A DNA stretch of 63,933 nucleotides, filler included, from 7 parts of 7 records of this genome joined end to end with filler, not necessarily neighbours in it; one strand, 5' to 3'. Counted from the first letter of the whole stretch, positions 48,957-59,520 are shown. The notes: generated by a model from the letters alone, not told the origin. Numbers and translations: made by a program.

Positions 48957-49307
48957 TTAAATCAATTTATTGGTAGCAGTATCAGGGAATACTAAACTTG
49001 GTTCCCACGATTTAGCTTCCTCAAATTCCATTGAGGCGTACGAAATAATGATGATAACATCACCAACCGCACATTTTCTTGCAGCAGCACCATTCAAGCA
49101 AATTGTACCTGAACCTCTTTCGCCACGAATAACATAGGTCTCTAAGCGCTCACCATTGTTAATGTTAACAATCTGAACCTTCTCATTTTCTATTAAGTTG
49201 GCTGCATCCATTAGATCTTCATCAATGGTTACACTACCAACATACTGAAGATCTGCACCTGTTACTGATGCTTTGTGAATCTTCGATTTACAAACTTCAA
49301 TGTACAT
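48957..49307 (-). CDS. panD: Aspartate 1-decarboxylase
   Basis: KSKIH, Y.GS.TID cleavage site, TY, NGAAAR. Confidence 0.97.
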   Translation of the reverse strand: MYIEVCKSKIHKASVTGADLQYVGSVTIDEDLMDAANLIENEKVQIVNINNGERLETYVIRGERGSGTICLNGAAARKCAVGDVIIIISYASMEFEEAKSWEPSLVFPDTATNKLI

Positions 49308-49325
49308 AATTGCCTCTAACTAATA

Positions 49326-50165
49326 TTAAAAAGTTATATTATCGATCAAACGAATTTTTCCAACCTGAACTGTGATACAACCAACTTTCACATTGTTTTC
49401 ATCCCAATTATTTATTTGAGCTAAAGTTGTATCATCCACAATTTCGAAATATTCGACCGAAAGATATGGGTTTTTATTGATTTCTTCAACAACCCAATTT
49501 TTCAATTGAGTCACATTTAATTCGGCAGCTAAGTTACGAGCTTTAAACAAAGTTTCAGAGATTTTAGAAGCATTTTTTCTTTGCTCCTCACTAAGTAGCA
49601 TATTTCGTGAACTCATTGCCAATCCATCTTTTTCCCTGATAATGGGGCATGGAACGATATTTACGCTTAACTTAAGATCCTTTACCATCTGCTTAATAAC
49701 AGCTACTTGTTGGAAATCTTTTTGTCCAAAATAGGAATTATCAGGAGTAACTATGTCGAAAAGTTTACTTACGACCTGTGCAACACCATTAAAATGTCCT
49801 GGTCTGTTTTTACCTTCCATTACCGTATCAAGCTGTCCAAAGTTAAAAACACGAGTGTCAGGTTCAGGATAGATTTCCTCTACTTCCGGAATGAAAATGA
49901 TATCAGGATTGTATTTCGATAATTTTTCCAAGTCATCTTCTATGCATCTTGGATAAGTTTTAAGATCATTAGGATTGTTGAACTGTGTTGGGTTTACAAA
50001 AATACTTACAATGGTAATGTCATTATTTTTAACTGATTGTTCTGTTAAAGATAAATGTCCCTGATGTAAAGCTCCCATGGTTGGCACAAAACCAACACTC
50101 TTTCCTTCCTCCTTAAACTTGCTGATTTTCGCTTTTGTTTCAGCTACAAGTCTTATTATTTCCAT
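49326..50165 (-). CDS. panC: Pantoate-beta-alanine ligase
   Basis: PTMGALH.GH, FVNPTQF, RPGHF.GV, FG.KD.QQ, GLAMSSRN, RLIDN. Confidence 0.97.
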   Translation of the reverse strand: MEIIRLVAETKAKISKFKEEGKSVGFVPTMGALHQGHLSLTEQSVKNNDITIVSIFVNPTQFNNPNDLKTYPRCIEDDLEKLSKYNPDIIFIPEVEEIYPEPDTRVFNFGQLDTVMEGKNRPGHFNGVAQVVSKLFDIVTPDNSYFGQKDFQQVAVIKQMVKDLKLSVNIVPCPIIREKDGLAMSSRNMLLSEEQRKNASKISETLFKARNLAAELNVTQLKNWVVEEINKNPYLSVEYFEIVDDTTLAQINNWDENNVKVGCITVQVGKIRLIDNITF

Positions 50166-50358
50166 CCTGTTCTAATAATCTTATAAAATCGTTTCGATTT
50201 TTAAATGTGAGTGCAAATAAAATAAATAAATAATTACAATAGAAATTATAAGTGCATTTAATTGTATTGTAGATGCTTTAAGCTTTGGTAAAGATCCTAT
50301 TTCTGAATTATTTTTATTAATTTTGCGCAGATAATCTGTATTAATATTTAGCGACTAT

Positions 50359-51168
50359 ATGGAAAAGACAAAAGTATTGTTTGTTTCACAAGAAATTACC
50401 CCTTATTTACCTGAAAGTGAAATGTCTGATATCGGAAGACACTTGCCGCAGGGAATTCAGGAAAAAGGAAAAGAAATCAGAACTTTCATGCCTCGATACG
50501 GATGTATTAATGAGAGAAGAAATCAATTGCATGAGGTGATCCGCTTGTCAGGAATGAATTTAATTATTGATGATACAGATCATCCCTTAATAATTAAGGT
50601 GGCTTCGATTCAAGCTGCAAGAATGCAGGTATACTTTATCGATAATGAAGATTATTTTCATAGAAAGAAAGTATTGCTTGATGAAAATGGAGCAGGATTT
50701 GAAGATAATGATGAAAGAGCGATTTTCTTTGCGCGAGGTGTTCTTGAGACTGTTAAGAAATTAAGATGGGCTCCAGATGTAGTGCATTGTCAAGGATGGT
50801 TTACTGGATTGCTTCCATTGTATTTGAAAAAAGCTTTTAACGAAGATCCTTTATTTACAGACACAAAAGTTGTATTCTCAATTTACAATGATGAGTTCGA
50901 GACTCCTTTTAGTTCTGAATTTAAGAATAAAGCAATTATCGAAGGTGTTGAAGCTGACGATGTAAAAGTTTTAGAGGATGCGAATTACGTATCACTTCAT
51001 AAATTAGCAATTGATCAGTCGGATGCTATTATTATGGGAAGTGAAATTATTAATGAAGAAATTAAAGCTTATGCTCAGGCAACAGGGAAACCTTTTATGG
51101 AGTATAAGAACAAAGAAGAATATATCACTGCTTATTCTGAATTTTACGATGAGTTAGTTGCAGAATAA
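50359..51168 (+). CDS. Glycogen/starch synthase N-terminal-domain-only protein (Bacteroidota type)
   Basis: R.FMPRYG.INERRNQLHEVIRLSG, DNDERAIFF, PD.VHC.GW; lacks GT-B C-terminal half. Confidence 0.85.
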   Translation: MEKTKVLFVSQEITPYLPESEMSDIGRHLPQGIQEKGKEIRTFMPRYGCINERRNQLHEVIRLSGMNLIIDDTDHPLIIKVASIQAARMQVYFIDNEDYFHRKKVLLDENGAGFEDNDERAIFFARGVLETVKKLRWAPDVVHCQGWFTGLLPLYLKKAFNEDPLFTDTKVVFSIYNDEFETPFSSEFKNKAIIEGVEADDVKVLEDANYVSLHKLAIDQSDAIIMGSEIINEEIKAYAQATGKPFMEYKNKEEYITAYSEFYDELVAE

Positions 51169-51188
51169 TCGACTTAGATAAGAATTTG

Positions 51189-51226
51189 AAAATGCATTAT
51201 TACTACGGTTTTAATGCATTTTTTTT
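51189..51226 (+). terminator. Intrinsic terminator
   Basis: AAAATGCATTA...TAATGCATTTTTTTT. Confidence 0.7.
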
Positions 51227-51417
51227 ATGCCAAATTAAAAGAGCTTGAAGTTTGGCGAGTAGCTTAACTTATTGTATTTTTAGGATGAATTTATGATAAT
51301 TGGAAATCATTCTACTTTAGTTTCTGTAAGACTCTTATAGTGAGGAAGGTAAAGTTATTTTGAAAATAAAATAAAAATCCGGTTTCGCGTGGTACCGAAA
51401 TCGTAAATTATGTATTT

Positions 51418-52941
51418 ATGTGTGGAATAGTTGGTTACATTGGAGATAAGGATGCTTATCCCATTCTGGTCAATGGTTTAAAAAGATTGGAATATCGCGG
51501 ATACGATTCTGCTGGTATTGCTTTACGAACAAACCAAACTCAGGTTTTTAAGTGCAAAGGAAAAGTTATGGATTTGGAAAATCACGTTAAAGGAAGTGAT
51601 ATTTCTGGATCAATTGGAATTGGACATACGCGTTGGGCAACACACGGTGAGCCTAATGATGAGAATGCTCATCCGCACCGTTCGATGAATAATAAATTTA
51701 CAATTATCCATAACGGGATTATTGAAAATTATTCTTTTCTAAAAGACAAATTAGTAAAACGAGGATATACTTTCCAAAGCGATACTGATACTGAGGTGTT
51801 GGCTAATTTGATTGAGTACATCTACCTTAAAGGTGAAGTATCTGCTGAAATAGCTGTTCGTTTGGCTCTTACTAAAGTGGTTGGTGCATACGGTTTAGTT
51901 GTTATCGCCGAAGATGAACCGGATCAGTTGATAGCTGCAAGAAAGGGTAGTCCGCTTGTAGTTGGTGTTGGAAATGGGGAATATTTCCTTGCTTCTGATG
52001 CTACTCCAATTATAGAGTATACGCAAAGTGTTATTTATTTAAATGATAATGATGTTGCTATCATTAGTCGTGATGAATTGACATTGAAAACAATTCAGAA
52101 TGATAAGTTGACTCCTCATATTCAGCATCTTGATTTAGATATCGAACAAATTGAAAAAGGTGGTTACGAGCATTTCATGTTAAAGGAAATTTTCGAACAA
52201 ACCAGTTCAATTCATGATACTATTCGTGGTAGAGTATCTTCTCAAAATAAAGAAGTATTCCTTGGTGGAATTAATGATGTGATTCCTAAATTGGTAAATG
52301 CACGCCGAATTTTAATCATTGGTTGTGGTACTTCATGGCACGCTGGAATGGTTGGTGAATATTTGTTTGAAGAATTTGCCAGAATTCCGGTTGAAGTAGA
52401 ATATGCATCTGAATTCCGTTACAGAAATCCTGTGATTTTTGAAGATGATATTGTTTTGGCGATTAGTCAGAGTGGTGAAACCGCGGATACATTGGCTGCT
52501 ATTAAATTAGCAAAAGAATCAGGAGCCACTGTATTAGGTATCTGTAATGTTGTTGGATCAAGTATTCCTAGAGAGACACACGCCGGAGTTTATACTCACG
52601 CAGGTCCTGAAATTGGAGTGGCTTCAACAAAAGCATTTACGGCTCAGGTAACTGTACTTACCATGATGGCAATGGTTGTTGGTTACCGAAAAGGTACGCT
52701 TGAGAAAGAAGAGTATCACAAATTAATTGAAGAATTTGCAAAGTTACCTGAAAAGATTGGTCGAATTTTAGAGAAAGATCAGGATATCAAGGAGCTTTCT
52801 AAGAGATATGTCGAATCTACAAATGCATTGTATTTAGGTCGTGGATTTCTTTTTCCTGTTGCTTTGGAAGGAGCACTTAAACTAAAAGAGATTTCTTACA
52901 TTCACGCAGAAGGATATCCTGCTGCAGAAATGAAACACGGA
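51418..52941 (+). CDS. glmS: Glutamine-fructose-6-phosphate aminotransferase, 3'-truncated
   Basis: MCGIVG, LEYRGYDSAG, GHTRWATHG, SQSGETADT, VASTKAF, EGALKLKE. Confidence 0.97.
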
Positions 52942-53041
52942 NNNNNNNNNNNNNNNNNNNNNNNNNNNNNNNNNNNNNNNNNNNNTTAATTAATTAANNN
53001 NNNNNNNNNNNNNNNNNNNNNNNNNNNNNNNNNNNNNNNNN
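52942..53041. other. Artificial contig spacer
   Basis: 44 N + TTAATTAATTAA + 44 N. Confidence 0.99.
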
Positions 53042-53200
53042 TTTTGCCATAATTTACGCACATCATTATATTAATAATATATATTGGCAGGATTATTTGA
53101 TTCAAATCAAATAATCCTGTTTTTTTGTTTTTCCATTATTTTTTCTTCCCTCAATCACTAACACATCTTTTCCACACTTCAAAAACTTTTTCAAAACAAT

Positions 53201-53229
53201 TTGACTTTTTTTCAAACACATGGTATATT
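53201..53229 (+). promoter_or_regulatory. sigma70 promoter of the OMP-symporter-GH31 operon
   Basis: TTGACT-N17-TATATT with extended -10 TG. Confidence 0.7.
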
Positions 53230-53388
53230 CAAATTAACAACATTAAAGGCATTAATAAAATTAAAAGCTTTAACAAGAGAGTCATTGCTTATAATTTTAC
53301 CTTCGCCTTTTTATTTTTAAAGTATTACTTAAATTGTTTAAGCAATAAGAGAGAGGGTCTTTATTTTTATTAATTATACGGGAGGAAT

Positions 53389-55107
53389 ATGATGAAAAAA
53401 CTTGCTTTATTAGGTCTGACACTATCGGTATTTTCTAACACTTTTGCTGAGAGTCAGGTAAAATTAATGGAAAATGAATTAGGAAAATATGCTCTTACAC
53501 TTACTGGAGAAGTTGAAATGGTTATGAAATCTCAAGATAACTATACTACTCCATTTGATATCCCTAAATGGTCATGGGATACCAGAGCCGGGGCAAGTAA
53601 CAGAGAAGATCAAACGATGAGAGTACAAGGTAAATTAGGATTGGCTTCAGGTGTACCGGGACAAACAGAATTCTTTAGTTATGTTTCGTTAAAAATGGAC
53701 GCAAATGATCCGGATAATATGCAGGATTCAAATGAATTTTTAACTAATCCAAACGGAAAAGAAAATACTGTAGAACTTGATAATGCATTTGTTATGTGGA
53801 GACCTTTTGAGATACAGGGTGGAAGACCACTAGGAATTACAGTTGGTAAATATGGAATTAAAGCTACTGCAAATGGTGCTTATTCAAATATATTTTCAGG
53901 TGATTTTGATGAAGATTATATAGCTTATACAGCTACTGCACTTACAGGAAAACCAATGGTTGCACTTGATTTTCATTTAAACGCTGATACCGGAATCGGA
54001 TATGCATATGTGCAGGGGACATCTGATCTTATTAAAAACTGCTCAGGTTTTGATGATGAGTATTCGAGAACACATGTCTTATGGGGAGAAGGAAAATTCG
54101 GACCAGTAGGATTTAATGCTGCATACCAATTTGCTAACGGAGGCAGAGGACCGTATAACTTTAGAGACGGAGACTCTGATGATTCATATGCTGATTATTG
54201 GAATAATGACAATGTTGAGCTGACATATACTGAAGGCGAGTATGACGAAGAGATGTCATTAATCAATGCACAAGTTACTTATGAAGCGAAATTCGGCTCA
54301 AGTGCTTCAATAATGCCATTTGTAGGATACCAGTATATTCAAGGGGATGAAGCGAAAAATTTAAGTACTTTACAAATAGATTGGAATGATAATTTATCTC
54401 CTGATGTAAGAGATATCGAAGCTTCTGTTACTACATTGGGAGCTGTATATAAACAAAAAATCGGTAAATATAATATGAGATTATCTGCCGAATACTCAGA
54501 TGTTGAAACTCCTGACTTTGGTGGAATCAGCGGACTTGGTGATGGTTTTCTTGACTTAGCTGTAGGAGCAGCGGATATTCCTGATTTTGCATCAGATGCG
54601 ACCGGTGCTACTAATTACGATGCCAGAGACGGTAAGTTCTTAGGCATTACAGGAGATAGTTCTCAGGCTGTTTATACACTTGCCGGACTTGATGCGATGT
54701 ACCATATAGAAGCTGCATTTGATCTATCTGAATCAGTTACAGTAACAATATTCTATAACGCATTAATCAGTCAATCAGTTGATACCGATCCAACTCTTGA
54801 AAATATTGAAGATTTAAAAGATACACTTGAAGATGAATTAGGATATACTGATCTGCAGGCAAGTATAGTTGCAGCCGAGGCAGGTTTACTAAGCTCGCAG
54901 GGAATCAATAGTACCGCTGATCTGTTAACAGCTTATAGTGCTGCTGATTTAACTGCATTAGCTGTTACATTCAGCTCAGTTGGAGCACCTATCACAACTG
55001 ATGATTTAGCTGAATATTTAGCTGATCAGGTCGCAGCAGATAATGAATTTGGTACTAAGTGGAGTGATTCAAACTCTGTTGGTATCAGTGTAAAATACGC
55101 TTTCTAA
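53389..55107 (+). CDS. Uncharacterised outer-membrane beta-barrel / porin-like protein
   Basis: GGAGG SD; signal peptide ending TFA; alternating amphipathic strands; C-terminal beta-signal GISVKYAF; very acidic. Confidence 0.7.
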   Translation: MMKKLALLGLTLSVFSNTFAESQVKLMENELGKYALTLTGEVEMVMKSQDNYTTPFDIPKWSWDTRAGASNREDQTMRVQGKLGLASGVPGQTEFFSYVSLKMDANDPDNMQDSNEFLTNPNGKENTVELDNAFVMWRPFEIQGGRPLGITVGKYGIKATANGAYSNIFSGDFDEDYIAYTATALTGKPMVALDFHLNADTGIGYAYVQGTSDLIKNCSGFDDEYSRTHVLWGEGKFGPVGFNAAYQFANGGRGPYNFRDGDSDDSYADYWNNDNVELTYTEGEYDEEMSLINAQVTYEAKFGSSASIMPFVGYQYIQGDEAKNLSTLQIDWNDNLSPDVRDIEASVTTLGAVYKQKIGKYNMRLSAEYSDVETPDFGGISGLGDGFLDLAVGAADIPDFASDATGATNYDARDGKFLGITGDSSQAVYTLAGLDAMYHIEAAFDLSESVTVTIFYNALISQSVDTDPTLENIEDLKDTLEDELGYTDLQASIVAAEAGLLSSQGINSTADLLTAYSAADLTALAVTFSSVGAPITTDDLAEYLADQVAADNEFGTKWSDSNSVGISVKYAF

Positions 55108-55132
55108 TCACAATTTAACATAACTCCTCGTT

Positions 55133-55174
55133 TAACAGGCTACAAAGAAACATGAATCTCTTTGTAGTCCGTTA
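55133..55174 (+). terminator. Intercistronic stem-loop (partial terminator or mRNA stabiliser)
   Basis: TAACAGGCTACAAAGA...TCTTTGTAGTCCGTTA, no strong U tract. Confidence 0.5.
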
Positions 55175-55203
55175 GACAAATTTTAGGAGCTTACGGAGGC
55201 AAC

Positions 55204-56652
55204 ATGTCTAAAAATAGCAAAAATTTAAGTAAAAAAAATTATATATCATACGGAATCGGAGATATCTACGGGGGTAGTTCTTTCTTCATAATAGGTGCTC
55301 TTTTCCTATACTTTCTAACAGAAGTTGGAGGATTAAAACCAATACTTGCAGGAACAATCATTATGGCAGGAAAGATATGGGATGCAGTAACTGATCCTAC
55401 TATGGGTTATATTTCTGACAGAACTAATTCAAAATATGGTAGAAGAAAATTATATTTTTTACTGGGAATCATACCTGTTGCTGTATCATTTTTCCTATTA
55501 TGGGTAAGTATTCAAAGTGATAGTCAGCTAATCAAGTTTTTCTATCATTTAATCACTTATCTATTCTTTAATACTGTTTTTACAATGGTTATGGTCCCTT
55601 ATAACTCTATGCCCGCTGAAATGACAGAGGATTATGAAGAGAGATCACAGTTAAACGCATTTAGAATGTTTTTCTCTCAATTCGGTGCACTACTAGGAGC
55701 ATTACTTCCTAAAACAATTATTAATATGTTTCCTAATCAAGCTACCGGTTATATGCTAATGGGAATTATCTTTGGAATAATGTATGCACTTCCTTGGATA
55801 GCTGTATTTAGAGGAACATGGGAAAAGAATATAAAAATTACGAGAGAAAAGCAGCCTCTCTTCAGAGAAGTAAAAAATTTAATCTCAGAATTTACTTCAA
55901 CGCAGGAAAATAGATCATTAAGAGTTCATGTAAATATGTATCTTTGCGCTTATGTTGCAATGGATATATTCAATGCTCTCCTACTTTATTATTTAACATA
56001 TAGTCTTGAAAAGAGTAATCTATATCAGGCAATATTAGGAACAGTTCTTTTAGTTGAGATCTTATCAATATACTTTGTAACGAAAAGTTGCTCTAAGATA
56101 GGAAATGCAAAAACATATCGTATTCATACAGCAATATGGGCAATAGGGATACTTGCATTTGGCTTAGTTGGTAAGGGGGCTTCTACATTTTTAATTATTG
56201 GACTGGCTGCAATAATCGGAATCGGTTTATGCGGCGGGGTTATTATTCCGTATAATATGCTTTCATTTGTAACTGATGCTGACGAGATTATCTCTAAAAA
56301 GAGAAGAGAAGGGATTTACGCCGGAATGATGACTTTTATTAGAAAAATAGCTCAAGCTATTGCTTTATTCATGGTAGGAGTTTTTCTTGAAGCAATCGGT
56401 TTTGTATCAAGTGCGCCAAAAACTGCTTTTACATTAAGGTGGCTTAAAATTGGAATCATGACAGCTCCTGTTTTATTAATAATAATCGGAATAATATCAT
56501 CATTTAAATTTAAAATCACACCTGCAAATCATCAAATTTTACTAACGGAAATTGACAGATTAAAATCAGGTGGCAATAAAGAGGATGTAAGCTCTCACAC
56601 CAGATTAGTGTGCGAAGAGATAACGGGCCAACAATATAACGACTTATGGTAG
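55204..56652 (+). CDS. GPH-family (MelB-like) MFS glycoside:cation symporter
   Basis: YG.GD, WDAVTDP.MG.ISDRT.SKYGRR, PY.S...E.T....ER, D.DE.....RREG.Y. Confidence 0.9.
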   Translation: MSKNSKNLSKKNYISYGIGDIYGGSSFFIIGALFLYFLTEVGGLKPILAGTIIMAGKIWDAVTDPTMGYISDRTNSKYGRRKLYFLLGIIPVAVSFFLLWVSIQSDSQLIKFFYHLITYLFFNTVFTMVMVPYNSMPAEMTEDYEERSQLNAFRMFFSQFGALLGALLPKTIINMFPNQATGYMLMGIIFGIMYALPWIAVFRGTWEKNIKITREKQPLFREVKNLISEFTSTQENRSLRVHVNMYLCAYVAMDIFNALLLYYLTYSLEKSNLYQAILGTVLLVEILSIYFVTKSCSKIGNAKTYRIHTAIWAIGILAFGLVGKGASTFLIIGLAAIIGIGLCGGVIIPYNMLSFVTDADEIISKKRREGIYAGMMTFIRKIAQAIALFMVGVFLEAIGFVSSAPKTAFTLRWLKIGIMTAPVLLIIIGIISSFKFKITPANHQILLTEIDRLKSGGNKEDVSSHTRLVCEEITGQQYNDLW

Positions 56653-56660
56653 GTGAAATT

Positions 56661-58661
56661 ATGCTAAAACTTGAAAATAATAATACAATACTAAAATTTA
56701 AGGACAGAACTTTATTTATATTAAATAAAGATAAAGATAAAGCTATAGCCTACTTCGGAAGTGGGAAAGCAAAGTATAAAATGAATAGGGGTAGTTTCAA
56801 AGTAAAAGATAAAATAAAAGAAGAAGCCTATTACTTTGAAGAAATAATAGAAAAAAATAATAAATTTGTTTTAATCTTAAAAAGTAAAAATAATAAAACA
56901 GCTAAACTTTTATTAGAAACTAAAAATAATATGCTTGAACTAAAGTTTGATATTCAGAATACAAATATAAATAGATTTAGACTACAAATTTTTGCTAATA
57001 AAACTGAGAAAGTGTATGGATGTGGAGAGCAGTTTGCAAAGTTTAACCTTCGTGGAGAAAAAGTTAAAATCTGGGTAGAAGAGCATGTATCACTTAACTC
57101 ACTACTCTATAAAGCATTCTGTTATCAATTCGGATTAACACCTAAATTAAAAAAATTCTCAAAATATGCAAGTTATATAGTACAACCTACTTTTATCACT
57201 TCTGATAAAATATTCGTTCATACAGATACAGCTGCATACTCCGAGATGGATTTTAGAGCAGAGGATTATTTCAGCATCAATTGCAAAGAAATACCAAATA
57301 AAATCAGTATTGGAGTAGAAAATAATTATGAAACTCTAATGGAAAAATTAACAGGACTTCTTGGAAGACAGGAGCTTCTACCTGACTGGTGTTATGACGG
57401 AATGATTTTGGGAATACAAGATGGTACTAATGTTTGTAATGATAAAATGAAAACAATCAAAGCCGCCGGTGGTAAAGTTGCCGGTATCTGGGCTCAGGAC
57501 TGGGAAGGGCAGAGAATTACAGCCTTTGGTAAACAGTTAATGTGGAACTGGAAATGGGATGAACAGCTTTACAAAGGTTTAGATAAGCAATTAGAGAAAT
57601 GGAATGAGGAAAATATAGCTTTTCTGGGATATATCAATCCTTTCCTTGCAACAGAGGGCGAATTATATAAAGAGGCATCTACTAAAGGATTTGTTGTAAA
57701 AAACAAAGAAGGGGAAGATTATTTAGTTAAAATCACTACATTCCCAGCTGCTATGATAGATTTCTCAACCAAAGAGGGTTATGAATGGACAAAAGAGATA
57801 ATCAAAAAAAATATGATTGAGTTTGGCCTGAAAGGTTGGATGGCTGATTTCGGTGAATATCTGCCAACTGATGCAGTACTTGGAAGTGGTGAAAATCCAG
57901 AGCAAGTTCATAATCTCTGGCCTATGAGATGGGCACAGGTCAATATGGATGCTATCAAAGAGTGTGGAATGGAAAATGAGATTTTATTCTTCACAAGAGC
58001 AGGTTATACAGGTACGGCTAAAAATACATCATTGGTCTGGAACGGAGATCAACATGTTGATTGGAGTAGGGATTACGGAATAGGCTCTATAGTGAATTCA
58101 CAATTAGCACTCTCTGTATCAGGAGTCGGGGTAAGTCACAGTGATGTCGGCGGATATACGTCATTTGGTAAGATGAGAAGAAGTAAAGAGTTGTTATTAA
58201 GATGGACAGAAATGAACGCTTTCTCAGCTGTAATGAGATCACATGAAGGTAATAGGCCCGATGTGTGTGCTCAATTTGACAGCGATGAGGAAACAATTAA
58301 TCATACAGTTAAATTTTCTAATATTCATTATAAATTAAAGCCATATATCAAAGAAGCAGTGGAACTAAATCACGAAGCAGGTACTCCTGTTGTCAGACCC
58401 TTATTTTTCTATTATGATGAAGAGGAGTGTTATCATTTGGATGACACATATCTATTTGGGCGTGACATATTGATAAAGCCGGTTGTACAGCCTAATCAGA
58501 ATAGAACAGAGATATATCTACCTGATGATGAATGGATTCATCTATGGACAGGGAAAGAGTACTCTCAAGGAAAGCAGTTTATTGATTCACATTTAGGATA
58601 TCCACCTGTTTTCTACAGAAAAAACTCCAAATATGCTGAACTTTTTAAAAGTTTGGTTTAA
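56661..58661 (+). CDS. yihQ: GH31 glycosidase, YihQ/sulfoquinovosidase-like
   Basis: YGCGEQF...NLRG, LGIQ.G, IWAQDW.G.R.T.FGK...WNWKW, GWMADFGEYLP, W.GDQ.VDWS, HSD.GGYT, R.HEGNRP. Confidence 0.8.
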   Translation: MLKLENNNTILKFKDRTLFILNKDKDKAIAYFGSGKAKYKMNRGSFKVKDKIKEEAYYFEEIIEKNNKFVLILKSKNNKTAKLLLETKNNMLELKFDIQNTNINRFRLQIFANKTEKVYGCGEQFAKFNLRGEKVKIWVEEHVSLNSLLYKAFCYQFGLTPKLKKFSKYASYIVQPTFITSDKIFVHTDTAAYSEMDFRAEDYFSINCKEIPNKISIGVENNYETLMEKLTGLLGRQELLPDWCYDGMILGIQDGTNVCNDKMKTIKAAGGKVAGIWAQDWEGQRITAFGKQLMWNWKWDEQLYKGLDKQLEKWNEENIAFLGYINPFLATEGELYKEASTKGFVVKNKEGEDYLVKITTFPAAMIDFSTKEGYEWTKEIIKKNMIEFGLKGWMADFGEYLPTDAVLGSGENPEQVHNLWPMRWAQVNMDAIKECGMENEILFFTRAGYTGTAKNTSLVWNGDQHVDWSRDYGIGSIVNSQLALSVSGVGVSHSDVGGYTSFGKMRRSKELLLRWTEMNAFSAVMRSHEGNRPDVCAQFDSDEETINHTVKFSNIHYKLKPYIKEAVELNHEAGTPVVRPLFFYYDEEECYHLDDTYLFGRDILIKPVVQPNQNRTEIYLPDDEWIHLWTGKEYSQGKQFIDSHLGYPPVFYRKNSKYAELFKSLV

Positions 58662-58683
58662 ACTAAACATAGTTTTAATCAAC

Positions 58684-58703
58684 AACCCACGCCGCAAGCG
58701 GAC
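58684..58703. mobile_element. Possible IS200/IS605-type end hairpin at contig break
   Basis: AACCCACGCCGCAAGCGGAC: GC-rich CCGC-AA-GCGG hairpin in AT-rich DNA, truncated by gap. Confidence 0.35.
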
Positions 58704-58803
58704 NNNNNNNNNNNNNNNNNNNNNNNNNNNNNNNNNNNNNNNNNNNNTTAATTAATTAANNNNNNNNNNNNNNNNNNNNNNNNNNNNNNNNNNNNNNNNN
58801 NNN
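58704..58803. other. Artificial contig spacer
   Basis: 44 N + TTAATTAATTAA + 44 N. Confidence 0.99.
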
Positions 58804-59520
58804 TTCTGCTTTGCCGAAAAAGAGGGCACCTTCTCCAACACCGAACGACGGGTACAGCGGGTAAGAAAAGCCGTTGAAGCCCCTGGCTTTGCCAGGGAGG
58901 ACTGGCGAATCACCTGCGAGATCGCCACCCGCATGGGCTACCCCATGAACTATCCCAACAGCGAAGCCATCTTTGAGGAGATCACCCGGGTTACGCCCTC
59001 CTATGCCGGCATCACCTGGGAAAGAATCGAAAACCTGGGACTCCACTGGCCCTGTCCCACGATCGAGCATCCGGGCACCCCGATCCTGCATACCCAACAG
59101 TTCACCCGGGGCAAGGGATTGTTCCACGCCATCGACCACAGGCCGCCCGCGGAGCTGCCGGACAAGGACTACCCGTTCATGCTCACCACGGGCAGGGTGC
59201 TTTACCATTACCATACCGGCACCATGACCATGAAGAGCCCGGGACTGAACACCATGTCCCCGGAATGTTTTGTGGAGATCTCCGCCAATGACGCCCAGGG
59301 ACTCGGCCTCGAGAACGGCGCCATGGTGGATGTCCTCTCCCGCAGGGGAAAGATCACGGCCAGGCTCAAGATCTCAACCAAGGCCGTGGACGGCACCCTG
59401 TTCATTCCCTTCCACTTTGCAAAGGCCGCGGCCAACCGGCTGACCAATGCCTGCATTGACCCGGTTGCAAAGATTCCCGAATTTAAGGTTTGTGCCATCA
59501 CCATACGAAAGGCCGCCTAG
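58804..59520 (+). CDS. fdhA: Formate dehydrogenase alpha subunit, C-terminal fragment (5'-truncated)
   Basis: FAEKEGTFSNTERRVQ, LTTGR.LYHYHTGTMT, N.LT...DP.AKIPEFK.CA; open from contig edge. Confidence 0.88.
   Translation, partial: FCFAEKEGTFSNTERRVQRVRKAVEAPGFAREDWRITCEIATRMGYPMNYPNSEAIFEEITRVTPSYAGITWERIENLGLHWPCPTIEHPGTPILHTQQFTRGKGLFHAIDHRPPAELPDKDYPFMLTTGRVLYHYHTGTMTMKSPGLNTMSPECFVEISANDAQGLGLENGAMVDVLSRRGKITARLKISTKAVDGTLFIPFHFAKAAANRLTNACIDPVAKIPEFKVCAITIRKAA

Noticed and set aside
51230-51417. glmS ribozyme
   Set aside because: Conserved AGCGCC and GACGAGG core not present
17752-58803. Six identical TTAATTAATTAA motifs within N runs, superficially a regular repeat
   Set aside because: Artificial all-frame-stop linkers; composition and gene style change at each, so cross-spacer neighbourhoods are meaningless
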